Shown: positions 11,285 to 24,510, counted from the stretch's first letter. The stretch is DNA of 64,000 bases from Basidiobolus meristosporus CBS 931.73 (GCA_002104905.1 MCFE01000025.1:62001-126000), one strand, 5' to 3'. Numbers and translations: made by a program. The notes: generated from the sequence alone by a model not told the origin.

Positions 11285-13506
11285 ATGTTTAGACTTGGCT
11301 ACCTCAAACCCTCACAGTTCCCCCGTACATCTTTGTTGAATAAATCCTCCTTCCGCAGAAGCCAGACACTCTTTTTCCAGAGGGAACGTTTTCACTTTTC
11401 GAGCCAAACCCATAATATGACTATACCACTGAACAAGGTTGAAAAGAACATCTGCGACCTGTTGCATGAGGTGACGGTGCATCTTAAAAATACAAGGGAG
11501 GATTTGCCGCCCATAGAGCTTCGTATTACTGGTGGTTGGGTGAGAGACAAGGTGAGCCAATGCCCAGTTCGTCGAGCACAGGGAAGGCTGGCTAACCCGC
11601 GTTATAGTTGCTAGGGCTGGAGTGTAACGACATTGATGTCGCAGTCGATACTATGACAGGGCATCAGTTTGCCAAGCACTTGAATACCTACCTGCTTTCA
11701 AAGGGAGTCCCTCAATCACAACTCGCCAAAATCGAAAGCAACCCAAAGCAATCCCAACATCTCGAAACCTGTACCACCAAACTGTTCGACACCGAGTTGG
11801 ATTTTGTCAATTTACGTAACGAGGTTTATGATGCGGACTCTCGTATCCCCGTCCAGATTGTATGCTTCTGTATATCGTTTAACCGGAACCCGCGATTAAT
11901 GTGTATCACTCGCTCGTCACCTATAGACTTTCGGAACCCCCGAGCAAGATTCCTATCGCAGAGATATCACAATCAACGCCCTGTTTTTCAACATACACAA
12001 CCGACAGGTGGAAGACTATACGCAAATGGTAGACTTCTGGTTCGTTCCGAATACCCGGCACACAGCTGACATCTCATACCCAGGGCCTTACTGATCTCAG
12101 CGAGAAGGTGATCCGTACACCTATTCCTACAATGAAATCGTTCCGAGATGATCCCTTGAGAATCATGCGATGTATTCGATTTGCCAGTAGATTCCAGTAC
12201 AAGCTGAGCAAAGAGATAGTGGAGACCATACAAAATGAGGACATCAAGGTAGAAGCCACGTGATTCTTCGGGTGATTGCCATACAAGGATTGACATTTCC
12301 CTCTCCAGCATGAGTTTGCACACAAGGTCAGTCGGGAGAGATTCGGGATGGAGTTGGAGAAAATGCTACTAGGTATGCTCGACATCCCGCCGTGCCACTG
12401 GGCTGTATACTGATCGCGCAGCACGTTAGGTCCCCATCCCTATCAATCGCTTTCATTGATCCATTCGCTTGGTTTGTACCACATCATTTTCCAAGCTCCC
12501 TCCACCATCGACACCTCCGAAATCCCTGGCTCCGCGCAAGGCATTCAACTATCGGAAACCCTGGATTGGTAAGTTCATAATAGACCAGTCCCGTCGATAG
12601 CACAAACCTGACCTATCGTTGGATTCAGGGTTTTGCGCCAAAGCTTAACCGAACCCCTCAAAATTGATGTCGAGGATCGGAAGTGCCTGTTTTTGGCAGC
12701 CGCCCTATCTCCCTTCAAGGGAATGACGATTGTGGAGAAGAAGACCAGGATTGTACCAGTAGTGCAGTGGATTGTGCGAGATAGTATCAAGGTAACCAAC
12801 TCCTGGGCGCTATTCCATTTGGCGCTAGTGCTCAACACCTCGCCATTTCTAGCTGAAAAATCATGACATCGATTGTGTCACCAAGTTTGTGAACACCTCG
12901 GACTCGGTGAGCAATGTATTGAACTCACCCCAGAGCACATGGACTCGTTCGGCATTAGGTAGAGTGTTTGGCTCATTCTTTCTCGTCACCGAGCGACCCT
13001 GACCTTCACTTCCGGTGATCATAGGAATGCTGGTGAGAACTCTGGGCCCGAAATGGCGCGCGACTTTTGTGCTGGCTTTGACGCGAGAGTTGCTGCCGTA
13101 CCACAGTAACATTTGCTCCGGCAGCATTGGTAATCCCGTGTGCCCAATCTTGCTTATCACCCATGGCTAACCTTGAGTTGGGTATGTAGCGGATGAGATC
13201 ACCCCCATCCTGGCCAAGTACCAGGCAGCCCTGAAGTTGATATCTGAACTTCAATTGGAGGAGTGCTACCAATGGAAGTACCTGGTGGATGTAGGTGATT
13301 TACTCGAACCTCCGGAAACGTAGTGTTGTAACATTGGGGGATTCATTTTGTAGGGCAAGGAGGTGGCAAAGATCCTCCAACTAAGGCCGGGACCTCAAGT
13401 CAAGATGTTGCTGGAGCATGTCATGATCTGGCAGCTTGACCATCCGACAGCTACCAAGGAGGCCTGCCTGAAATTTGTCTCTGAGGAGCTCCCTAAATAT
13501 TTGTGA
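11285..13506 (+). CDS. CCA1: CCA-adding enzyme (tRNA nucleotidyltransferase, class II), multi-exon
   Basis: ELRITGGWVRDK, LGLECNDIDVAVD, IESNPKQSQHLET, ELDFVNLRNEVY, RDITINALF, EDYTQM, FRDDPLRIMRCIRFASR; last exon GKEVAKILQLRPGPQVK...IWQLDHP ends at TGA 13506. AATAAA at 13531. Confidence 0.93.
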
Positions 13507-13924
13507 CCATTTCCTTTTGGAGTCCTCCTCAATAAACCAGTTTATATACCATCAAGGAACGGTCCTTGCATTATCTCGTGGAAAGGGGTGGGGGTGGAAT
13601 ACATGATTGGGCGTTAGCTCCCTGGCTGGGTAGGTGCACACTTAAATCATTGGCAACCTGATGCTTTCTGTAAATCTTGAGGTGACAAGGAAACATTGGA
13701 ACTGATATACATGATATGCTTGGCTGACTTGTTCAGTTGAAGCCTCATCTGGCATGTTATCAAGTATATGAAATATATTGAGATGTTATGCTTTCTACTG
13801 ATGTGACTAGATGAAGAATTGCATAGGTCTACTATTAAAATACTGCATGAACTTAGTTGCTTAGATCACAACTTGGAGACCTTAGTAATTCTGGCCCCAA
13901 ATCTGGTTTATTTTAATGGGAGTA

Positions 13925-15121
13925 ACATTAAGCCCCACCTCACATACAACAAGTAACCCCATTAAAATCTACCATTCAAAAAGTATTTCTGCCACAACAC
14001 CCTTCTTCCATAACTTTGGCAGGAACCTTATGGCTTTATGCCATTATTCATTCACTGGCTCCCATACATCCTGGTCTTCAGCAAGCACTGCAAGGTCTAG
14101 TGCCTCATCTGCCAGTCTTTGCAATAAATCCTTGCATTATTTAAGTGTGTTTTCTTAAACCACTGCTTTGGAAGAGGTGCTGCAATCTGCTGCTGTGCCT
14201 GTTAATGCCTCAATATTCCATTGTAGGTATTATGATGGTCTTCAGAGTTCTGAATGTTGTTGCTTTGTCTGTCAGAGGGATCTCCACTTTGTCTACAATG
14301 GAGGATGTGGAGGCTGTGGCAGACAAATTGACTTTTTCTGCAAATTCATCTACTTCACTGGAGTGTAGCTCAGTTAAACACAGCTCCAACACTTGAGAAA
14401 ACAGCTGTTGTCTTCTAGGTGATTCTTCTTGGATATTACAGGATTCAGCCCATTCCAGGCTAGTGGTATTAATTGGTGAGAAATGCAGCTTTTTTCTCAT
14501 GCTTCCCTGTCTCTTGCTTGGGTAGACTTTTTTCCCTTTCCCTTTACCCTTATTGCTGCCAGAACTTTCACTGCGGCTATGTTTGAATGCTTCTTTTATT
14601 GAACTACATTTTCTCCTTGACATATGCTGCACTAATGCATCTATTTCTGCCTGCTTGTCCCCTACTGACACTCTTATGGCTACCTGACATTTCTTTGCCA
14701 CTTATTTGGAGCTTTCAGCCCTGCTTGCAACAAGCTCTTGAGGAAGCCACTGATATTTAGCTATGGCACCCTTATTCATCTGCCTTTAATAGTTTCTGCT
14801 ATTCTTGTGATACTTTCTTGGCATACCAATGCTGGCCCAAAATCCATTTGCTTACTTGAATCCAGCATAATGCTCATGGTGCAGGTCAAGCACATTCTGG
14901 TTGGCCTTGAGTTCCCAATTGTCCCATGGTATGCTGTCCTTAAGGTGATGCCATGCCAGACTTCTAACAGCCTCTTCAAGATTAGCCCACTCTTCACTAT
15001 GTTACTTTGCCACTTGTTTGGAGCTTTCAGCCTTGCTTGTGACAAGCTCTTGAGAAAGTCACTGGTATTTAGCCATGGCACCCTTGTTCTTCTACCTTTG
15101 ATAGTTTCTGCTATTCTTGAA
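13925..15121 (-). mobile_element. Unknown repeat family X, copy 1 (decayed ORF with internal repeats), cut on the right by a CACTA terminus
   Basis: Homologous to 22505-23925, 54108-55255 and 63483-64000. Encodes RIAETIKGRRTRVPWL, DKQA...QHMSRRK and HSSEVDEFAEK. An internal ~310-bp duplication is present (14702-14810 vs 15010-15121). Confidence 0.7.
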
Positions 15122-17150
15122 ATCCTATGAAATATAATTTGGCCCTGCAGGTGAATCCAGTCCAGATTAGCCATCAGGATCCTGCAATGAGTCTGTCATG
15201 ATGCTTACGCTTGGAATTATTGACCGTCCACACAATCTTATGCTGTGATTGTGATGGCATTTTGCTGATTTTGCTGCCAAATAAAGTTAAAAACCTGATG
15301 GTGTTTAAGCGGTCTTTTGACAAGAACTGAATGGCATTCTAACCATCTTAGTGCGCACTACATTTATCTGAGTAGACCTAACCAGCCAATACATCCAACT
15401 GCCTTATATGGCAAGAAACATGATGGTGTCCTGATAGCCTCATTGCAAACCTTTGCTGACAATACAATGGCAGTACAGCACCCTACAGCTAGTTCTGTGT
15501 AGTGCTACCATAACAATTTACCAAATGGTACTTTCTTTTTCTATCTCCACTTGCACCATTCATATTACCATTGTAGAATCACCCCTCTTTGTTTGCTTAC
15601 CTGCTACTACCTTGAGTATTCCATATATAGTTTGAATAAGAAATACTACAGCCTCCTGCTTACTAACCTCTACATATGCACACACCTGCCGCAGTTGACA
15701 CACTTCTATCACCGCAGCTTTACAACTTTTTAGTGTGATACTTGCAAAGTTGCCATATACCTTGTATTGCTGGTAACATATACATCTTGCAAACATATGC
15801 TTGGTTCCCACCACTTTTGCCATAAATACCTCTTGAACATCCACCAAGAGCTTCTTGGTATTTAATCAATATATTACTTCTCCCTGATGGATTCTATTTC
15901 CCATTGTAGGTGTGCTCTGGCTCTTGTTTGTGTGAGCTCCATACTGAATGGTGTAGAGACTGGCTTGTGACCAAGAGAAAACCAGCATACTTTGGTAAGG
16001 TTATCCTAGTAAATATTTGTTGCTTGTTGCACCCAACTCAACTTTGCATTATTCAACTGATTACCCATGCATTGGGGCTGCTTTGCTTCTTGATGCCATA
16101 GGCATAGGTGTCTCCATGTGCACATCTGTCCTCAGTAATTTCTAACTCTTCCTGGCTGTCCTCCATGTGCCCACTCACCACATCCATGACAGACTTGAAG
16201 GTAATGTTCTTGATGAGATTGAATATGGTAGCACCTGCAACTTGACTTATCTTCCTATATCCTCACACATCCACTCCATAGGAAGCTCCCAAATGGTGAA
16301 GCAAGGCCCAATATTTTCCACATGCCAAGCAAGATTGAGTAGAGCATGGATACAATAGTGGCAGAGATCTACACATTCAGCTTTATGCTTGTAGTATAGC
16401 TGCCCAAATCCTATCACAAACTTCTTGCATAAAAGCTGTAGATGTGTTGATTTGGCATTGGTAATCTGCTTCTGGATAAGTATCACTACAATGTCAACAT
16501 AAAACCCCCAATACTTCCAACATACTATTGGTAGAAATGGCTTCAGAAGGCCACTTGAGTAAATACATATCCACTATATCCAGTCCTGGCATTGTTATTG
16601 CTGCATATGCTTATGAATGTTGATTGCAGTCTGTGAGAAGTACTTTAGGTAGTAGATATGCTGTAATATCTTGCCAATTCTTTCAAATTTCTCTGGTATC
16701 TCAAAGGGCTATTCAGCTGAAATGCCCCATGTACAACTTGGTCATCAGTATAGGGATATTATTGAAAAATGAATGCATTGCTCAAAGTGGAATGCTTTTG
16801 CTCCAGCAGATACACTCTATCATAAGTGTCTCCAGTTTCCAACTGATTCTATATTCCAACCAATGGCTTATAGCTTGCCAATTTTGCTGCAATTGCATGC
16901 TGACTTCTGTACATTCTCTCTGGGGGAATATGGTATTCTTACTTTTGGCGCTTAGATAATAATAATGTGTGTGAGTTATGGAGTAAATCCCCTGTATCTC
17001 ACACATTTGATAGCAATACCGTCCAGTGTGCCCTGAAAAGCTGGCTATCTTACTGATGGCTGGGCTATCTCCAATGCAGATAATAATATGCACTTTGATA
17101 TGACAGCCATGTAGTGGTACCCTATTGGAAAGCATACAAAATTCATCCAG
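15122..17150 (-). mobile_element. EnSpm/CACTA-type DNA transposon copy A (3' half, degenerate)
   Basis: Degenerate terminus (a)atcctatgaaatataatttggccc. Transposase remnants HVKVHIIICIGDSPAISKIASFSGHTGRYCYQMCEIQG and LHLAWHVENIGPCFTIWELPME. Confidence 0.85.
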
Positions 17151-17563
17151 AAATGGATGTTATGAATAAACAAAAGACAGGAGAGTAGAGCTTGGCAAGG
17201 TAGGACCAGGAGAGGACTTGGGTGTAGATCAACAAGGCAAGGCATATTCCAAGGCAAGGCTGTTTATTCAAGACCTGAGTTTATCAGACTGAGGAATACA
17301 TAAGGGGGGATAGAACTATATATACTTTTCGCAACATGGATGATAAGAGATATTGGCTAATACTAATGAGGTTCTGCAGTGAGGCACTGTAAGTGTGCCA
17401 AGATAGAAGTATACTAAACAATGGACTAGAACATCATATGGTGATATGCATAGGGCCAGTCAATCAGGTGACTAGTACATGTGGCATGCAATTACCATAT
17501 ATGGCATTGAATTACATAAACTTCAAAGTGAACCTTCCTAAGAATACACCATTGTGTAACATT

Positions 17564-17911
17564 TGTTGCAATATTCTGGGGAGTATTGGAAGTGACGTGG
17601 AGAATTAGAGGATTAACATGCTATTCACTTGTAGATTTATTGCTCAAAAGTATGGTATTGTGACTTTTGATAAAGTAGAGCAGACAAACATGTATAGTTT
17701 GCTAAGGAAGGTCCCAAAAATATGTGTGCAAAGTTTGGGGGCTTTTGGACTACTTTGAGAAAGATCATAATTGGGTACCTAATAATTTGGTGAAAATATT
17801 CTAAATAGATCCTAACAAGAAGTTTGGTCAGGACAGAATGACAATCAAAGAATACAATCTATGTGACTAAGTTAGCATAAATATTTAGGTGATAAATTAA
17901 TAATAACAACA
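17564..17911 (-). repeat. Copia-1-family LTR (reverse orientation) with adjacent polypurine tract
   Basis: TG...CA bounded, 348 bp, homologous to the 27510-27858 LTR. ctcccactcaac at 17912-17923 is the reverse complement of PPT GTTGAGTGGGAG. Confidence 0.75.
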
Positions 17912-18258
17912 CTCCCACTCAACAAAATATTCATGAGTAATAAATACATATTGGGAGTGTGCAATCTGTAATAGGCATATAAAAATTTAAATGTGTTGCA
18001 TACCGGACTAATATATTATCCAACTGTATATGCACTTGTGTTCAACTTAACTGATCAAGTAACTTGTAATTCAATGTGCCTATCTACTTAATTTTATGCC
18101 TAAAAATCAGAATGATCTGATCAAAATACTAATAATCATCTTTGATCAGTTGTACAGGCTTGAATTATGTGCCAAGTCTAATTGTCAGGTTCTAATAATG
18201 ATATATAGCCTCTGGGCTATCCAATACTTCTTATTTGAGAAATATTGACCTACTTTTG

Positions 18259-18525
18259 GTCAAGTTAAGGTTTTGTCATTTACAGGAGATATGGAGTTTC
18301 CTTATTCCCAGGCAAAAGTCTAAATCCTTTAGACAAATTCACTGTATGTCCATATTAAGCTCAGGGACAGTTACTTCCATCATATAGACTCCATATGAGG
18401 TAAAAGTAATGACCTATATGGGGCCAAGTTAAGGTTTTGTCATTTATGGCAGATCTGGAGTTTCCTGATATCCAGGCAAAAGTCTAATTCATTTAGACAA
18501 CTTCACTGCATGTCCAGATTAGGCT
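18259..18525. repeat. 164-bp-period tandem duplication (about 1.6 units)
   Basis: caagttaaggttttgtcattta...caggcaaaagtcta...tttagacaa...ttcactg starts at 18261 and again at 18425. Confidence 0.8.
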
Positions 18526-18595
18526 TTGGTGTGTTTGAGCATAGAAGACCTCATGAAATCATTGGTCCAGAATATACAACTATTTGAGAGTGATA

Positions 18596-21500
18596 CACCC
18601 TATGAAAAATAATTTGGTCCTGCGGGTGGATCCAATCCAGATCAGCCATCAGGATCCTGTTTGGAGACTCTATCAATACCAGTAGCTTGGAATTTGTGAC
18701 CCTCTTGATAATCTTAAGACAGGATCACATCAGTGTTTTGCTAATTCTACTGCCAAATAAAGTTATAAAACTTGACATGGTTTGATTGGTGCTATTACCA
18801 TAGTTGCATGGCATTGTTGAGGTCTTAATGCGCTCCAAAACTATTTTAAATGGATCTAACTGTCCAGGACATCCAATTGCCTTATACGGCAGAAAACTTG
18901 ACAGTATTTTAATGGTCTCACTGCAAGACTCTTATGGTATCATCACATCACTATGGTGGCCTACTGCTAGTTCTATATAGTGCTACCATACCAATTTACC
19001 AAATGGTATTTCCTTTTCTACCTCCCCTTGTGCAACTCATATATTCCACTGTAGAATCACCCCTCTTTATTTGCTTACCCGCTACTACTTTCCACATATA
19101 GTTTGAGTCAAAAAAAACTATGGCCTCCTGCTTACTAACCTCTACAAATGCACACACCTGCCACAATATATTTCTTCTCCCAGCTGGACTCTAGTCCCCC
19201 TTAAAGGTATGCTCTGGCTCTTGTTTGTGTGAGTTCCATAATGAATGGTGTGGAAGTTGGCTTGTGACCATCAGAAATCTGGTATACCTTGGTAGAGTTT
19301 TCCTAATAAATATTAGTTGCTTATTGCACCCAACCCAACTTTGCAATATTTAACTGAATACCCACACATTGGGGCTGCTTAGCTTCTTAATGCCATAGGT
19401 ATAGGTGACTCCATGTGCACATCTGTCCTCAGTATTTTCCTACTCTTCCTGGCTGCCCTCCATGTGCCAACTCATCACATCCATGACAGACTTGAAGGTA
19501 ATATTCTTGATGAGATTGGGATATGGTAGTACCTGCAACTTGACTTGTATTCCTATCTCCACACACATCTGCTCCATAAAAAACTCCCAAAAGGTGAAGC
19601 AAGGCTCAATATTCTCCACACACCTAGCAAGATGGAATAGAGAATGGATGTAGTAGCAGCAGAGATCCACACATTCAGCCTTATGTTTGTAGTATAGCTG
19701 CTCAGATCCCACTACAAACTCCTTGCACAACAGCTGTAGATGCATTAAGTTGGCATTGGTGATCCACTTCTGGATAAATATTCCCACATTGTGCACATAT
19801 GACTCCCAATGCTTCCAATGTACTCTTGGTAGGAATGGCTTCAGAACACCACTTAAGTAAATACTTGCCCAGTTCATCCAGTCTTTGCATTTGTATTGTT
19901 GCATATGTGTAAATATATGGATTGGAGCCCATGAGAGGTACCTAGGGTAGCAGATACTCTGTAATATCTTGCATATTCTTTCAAGTTTCTACAGTATCTC
20001 AAATAGCTCATTTAACTAGAAATAACTCATATACAACTTGGTTGTCAGTATAGTGATACTCTTGGAAGGCAAATGCATTGCTACTAGTGGAGTGCTTTTC
20101 CTCCAACAGATACCCTCTATCCTATGTATCTCTTGTCTCCAGTTGATTCTGTATTCTAGCCAATGGCTTATAGCTTGCCAACTTTACCGCAATTACATGC
20201 TGACTTCTGTACATTCTCTCTGTGGAAAGATGATGGTCTTAATGCTGGTGGTTGGATAATAATAATGTGTGTGAGTTTTGGAGTAATTCCCTGGATCTCA
20301 CACATTCAATAGCAAAACCATTCTTTGTGCCCAAAAAAACCTGCTATCTTGCTGATGGCTGCAGTATCTCTAATGCAGATAATAATATGCGCTTTGATAT
20401 AATGGCTATTTACTGCTTTCCCACTGGAAAGCATACAAAATTCATTCAGCAATAGATACAGGTAGCTATCCAGGTTGGATGGTGATTTAGGCCCATATAC
20501 CAGTGACACTACCATCAGATTTTTGCTCTGATACCATAAGATGGGTGGCTGATTCAGATTGATGAGAATCAGTGGCCAGCTGTATTTGCTTGTAGAATAC
20601 TTGTTTGATGAGAATCCATCAAGTGCTAATGCAAAGGTATGGTCATACATATCTTCAATGTGGCCGTTGCTTCTTAGCTGTTTGTAATGTTTGCCATTGA
20701 TTATCAGATATGTTTGCACTTGATTGATACTGAGTGTAGTAGTGTATAGCTTTGCAGTATTTATTTGAATGCATTAGCTTCTTTAGATGAGGTATCACTG
20801 GAATATATCTGCAGTGTGAGCAATGTTGTCCCTCAATGGTGGTGTATAGCTTGGACACATTGCAATGGTAGCATCTTTGGATGTGAATGCCATGCAACTG
20901 TTAACACATGCTGGAATCAGGACAGTCTTGGGGTCATATGTTGCCAGCTGCATGACAATTGTCCACTTGTACCATGTACATGGTAAGTTGCATCCTGGAA
21001 TGACTTTAGCAAGAAGTAGTAATAAATCCTCAAAGGCCCCATTACTGATATCAGTTGAAATCCACCACTTCTCAAGCAACAACACTACAGCATTCACCAG
21101 TAGATGGATTACTGGGCTCACTTGGCTTCTTAACATATCCTTGGCATTTGCTTCAACAGGTGTTGTCTCATTGCATGTTAGGATTGGACTAGGCTCATGC
21201 ATGGTACTGCTGTTAGGGGAGATAGGTTCATAATTCACCAGTGAACCTTCTTTGTCAGAGCTATCACTCTGCATGCCATATTCAGAAGGCTGAGGTGAGC
21301 CTAAAGGCATCACAAACTCACCTGACTCAGTTTGCACAAGGTTACAAAGACAGCCAGGTGCCAATATAGGAGTATCAACTGGCCAGCAAGATAATACTGG
21401 TACAGTAGTGACTGATGAATGGTCAAATATGACTTGTATGGCAAAACACTTGCCTTGATCCTTGTCATACTTCCTATGCTGTCTGTATGTATCATGGCTG

Positions 21501-21735
21501 AGTGGCTTGCTACAATAGCCACATGGTCTTTTTTCTCTTGTCTTATGGTGTTGAATTAAAGCAGTCTTGTCCATGGGGCAAACAGTTTGACCTTCAACAA
21601 CATAGTGCTAATATATCACTTTTTGGTCAATACTCATGTGAATTTGAGACACCACACCTACATGAATGCAAGATTTAATGATGACCAGCCATAGTAAGCA
21701 TTATGAATAAAGCTGTGGCACCACATACACACATA
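18596..21735 (-). mobile_element. EnSpm/CACTA-type transposon copy B, nearly full transposase pseudogene with intact CACCC terminus
   Basis: Terminus CACCCTATGAAAAATAATTTGGTCC at 18596. ORF pieces start MDKTALIQHH...RPCGYCSKPLSHDTYRQH, then FALALDGFS...WPLILINLNQPP, GPKSPSNLDSYLYLLLNE (Tnp2/Transposase_21-like) and YYKHKAECVDLC...SLFHLARCVENIEPCFTFWEFFME (DUF4218-like). Confidence 0.88.
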
Positions 21736-21824
21736 TATGCAACACTGTTTCCCCTTTGGTTTGGCTCACTTCCATATATATGCTGCCAAAAAATAAAGCA
21801 AAGTTGTCTGGTTCCCAACTAAAC

Positions 21825-22100
21825 CCCACCACTGACAGCAACAGAAGAGTGGTTGGACAACAGCTTGCTTTGACATTCAGTGCAACAAGCAAGGCTACAT
21901 CCAAAAAACGCCATGTTAACAGTGTGCCACTGAAGGTAATAATGTGGACTCCTCAGGCTCTCAGTCAAGTTGGCAATCCAGAACCTCTGCAGAGCCACAT
22001 GCTGACCATTATACTCAGACAGATGAGCATGTAGCAAACGCAGCACCCTCAGTTAAAGACCAGCAAGTGGCCATCATAACATCACCACCACCCATGTTAG
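21825..22100 (+). mobile_element. Family X 5' fragment, divergent from transposase copy B
   Basis: VVGQQLALTFSATSKATSKK and SSGSQSSWQSRTSAEPHADHY are the reverse-complement homologue of 23650-23925. Confidence 0.7.
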
Positions 22101-22504
22101 CAAGTATCCCTATGAGAAATTATTGAGATGATCCAATCAAAAGGCCATCACAAAGTTTAAGTCCTGTGACTAAGAGGTGTTGATCCTGTCAGGACACTGG
22201 CTTAGACTGTTGAAAAATAATTGCACCCCAGATTTCACAAAAAACTTAGTCAAAATTTCTCATCACAATGATCCATAAGAGGCTTTTGATTGGTTCCTGC
22301 CAGTTTGCTCACTTTCTGATCCCAGACATTCTATTGCTGCCTACATTTGTGTGCATTGATTGGCTATTGTCTCTTTTTCACACTCTTTACTTCCTGACTC
22401 AACTGTTTCTCTTTTCATGCATACAAATTGACTTATTTCCACTGAAGTTTCAGTTGTACCTCAATTGCCAATTGTATTGACCTATACAAGTCCCTATACC
22501 CTAC

Positions 22505-23925
22505 ACTAACATTAAGCCCAACCCCACACTCAGCAAGTAGCTCCATTAAAATCCACCACTCAGTATGTATTTCTGCTGTAATACTCTGGTTCCACAACCT
22601 TAGTGGGAACCCAACAGCTTTATGCCACTATTCATTCACTGGTTCCCACACATCCGGATCTTCAGCTGGCACTGCAAGGTCTAGCACCTCATCTGTCAGT
22701 CTGTGCAGTACATCCTTGCAATATTCAAGTGCATTTTCTTGAGCACTGCTCTTGAAGAAGTGCGGCAACCTCATTGTGTGCCTATTAATGTCACAAAGTT
22801 CCACTGAAGGCATTGTGATAGTCTTTTGAGCTCTTGATGGTGTAGCCTTGTCTGTCAGTGGGATTGCCACTCTGTCAACAATGGGGGTTGTGGAGGCTGT
22901 GGTAGAAAAATTGCCTTTTTCCGCAAACTTATCTACCCCACTGGAGTGTAGCTCAACTGGCAGCACTTCCAACTTTTGTGAAAACAGCGATTTTCTTGTT
23001 GGTAATTCTTTTTGGCTATGATGTGACTCAGCCTGGTCCTGGCCTGCAACATTGATTGGCAAGAGCTACAGTTTTTTTGCATGCCTCCCTGTCTCAGGTT
23101 TGGGTAGACATTTTTCCCTGTGCCTTTTCTTTCATCACTACCAGGTCTTTCACTGCTACTTTGTCTGAGTGCTTCTTGTAATCAACTACATTTTCTCCTG
23201 GACAAATTCTGCTCTGACACATCTGTTTTGGCCTACTTGTCCCTTGTTGGCACTCTTCTAGCAACCTGATGTTTCTTTTCCACTTGTATGAGCTCTCAAC
23301 TGTAGTTGTGATGGGCTCCTGTAAAAGTGGCTGGTTTTTATCACTAAAAGGTCCTTCACTGCTACTTTAACTTGGTGCTTCTTGAGTGGTACTACTCTTT
23401 TTCCTTGATAAATGTTGTGCTGGTGCATCCGTGTCTGCCTGCTTGTCCCTAATTGGCACTCTTCCAGCTACCTGAGGTCTCTTGATGCTTGTCTGGAGCT
23501 TTTGGCCCTTCTTGTAACAGGCTCTTGAGGAAGCTGCTGGTTTTTAGCCATGGCACCCTTGTTCTTCTGCCTTTGATAGTTTCTGCTATTCTTAAGATAC
23601 TTTCTTAGCATACCAAAGCTGCCACAAAATCCATTTGCCTGTTTGAATCCAAGATAATGATGATGTCATCATGGCCACTTGCTGGTCTTCAACTGAGGGT
23701 ACTGCATTTGCTACATGCTCATCTGTCTGAGCATAATGGTCAGCATGTGGCTCTGCAGAGGTTCTGAATTGCCAACTTGACTGAGAGCCTGAGGAGTCTG
23801 CATGATTACTTTCAGTGGGCACATTGTTAATATGGCCTTTTTTGGATGTAGCCCTGCATGTTGCACTGAATGTCAAAGCAAGCTGTTGTCCAACCATGCA
23901 TCTGTTGCCATCAGCAGTGTAGTGG
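22505..23925 (-). mobile_element. Family X copy 2 (longest), with ~207-bp internal repeats
   Basis: Runs from VGQQLALTFSAT... through RIAETIKGRRTRVPWLK and two ~69-codon repeats to RLPHFFKSSAQENALEYCKDVLHRLTDEVLDLAVPAEDPDVWEPVNE*. Confidence 0.75.
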
Positions 23926-23999
23926 GGTCACAGTGACACCCACAGGCAGATGTGCTCATTCCCATTTGTTCACTTCCCTAAAAAGGATTACCCCCCCTA

Positions 24000-24510
24000 T
24001 ATTAGTATCATCCCAAATTACAATATTTTCTATCTGTCTATGTGATTATTACTATGCAACCTGGCAAACTATTAGTCACTATTAACCCATTGCCCAAGCT
24101 ATTCCTATTCCTTGCCAAGATGCCAAGATAAGATAGTTACCATATAAGGCAAGTACCCCCAACAGTGCTAATGTCATGTGATCATCCTGGTTTCATAACC
24201 CTCCTATACTACTACCATATGAGGTAACTACATGACACAGAGGTTGCATATTACTACTATCTGATAGGCTAGGTGCTACTATGTCTCATGGAACAATCTG
24301 CCAAGAATTTGCGCTATTTTTTGTACACAATAACATGATTGGCTGTCTACTACCTTCTGAAAACTTCTGGAAAGTATTTTCTAGTAAGAATTTGAGCAGC
24401 AAAAAATTATATAAGGGAGGCTATCCCTTAAAAATAAATCATCCCCCTTCCAATATTCCAACTTATAGATTAGTGAGATCACCACTACCTATTACCACTA
24501 CTTTCTGACT
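24000..24510. repeat. Diverged LTR-like repeat, inverted homologue of ~62360-62900
   Basis: Shared blocks ataaggcaag(c/t)acc, accatat..ggta and tccctta(a)a(a)..aaatcatccc. No internal retroelement is attached and the boundaries are uncertain. Confidence 0.4.

Noticed and set aside
22200-22230. gactgttgaaaaataattgcacc as the missing left TIR of the CACCC element
   Set aside because: Only a 12-bp AT-rich core matches, there is no CACCC and no TSD can be tested. It is kept only as a lead.
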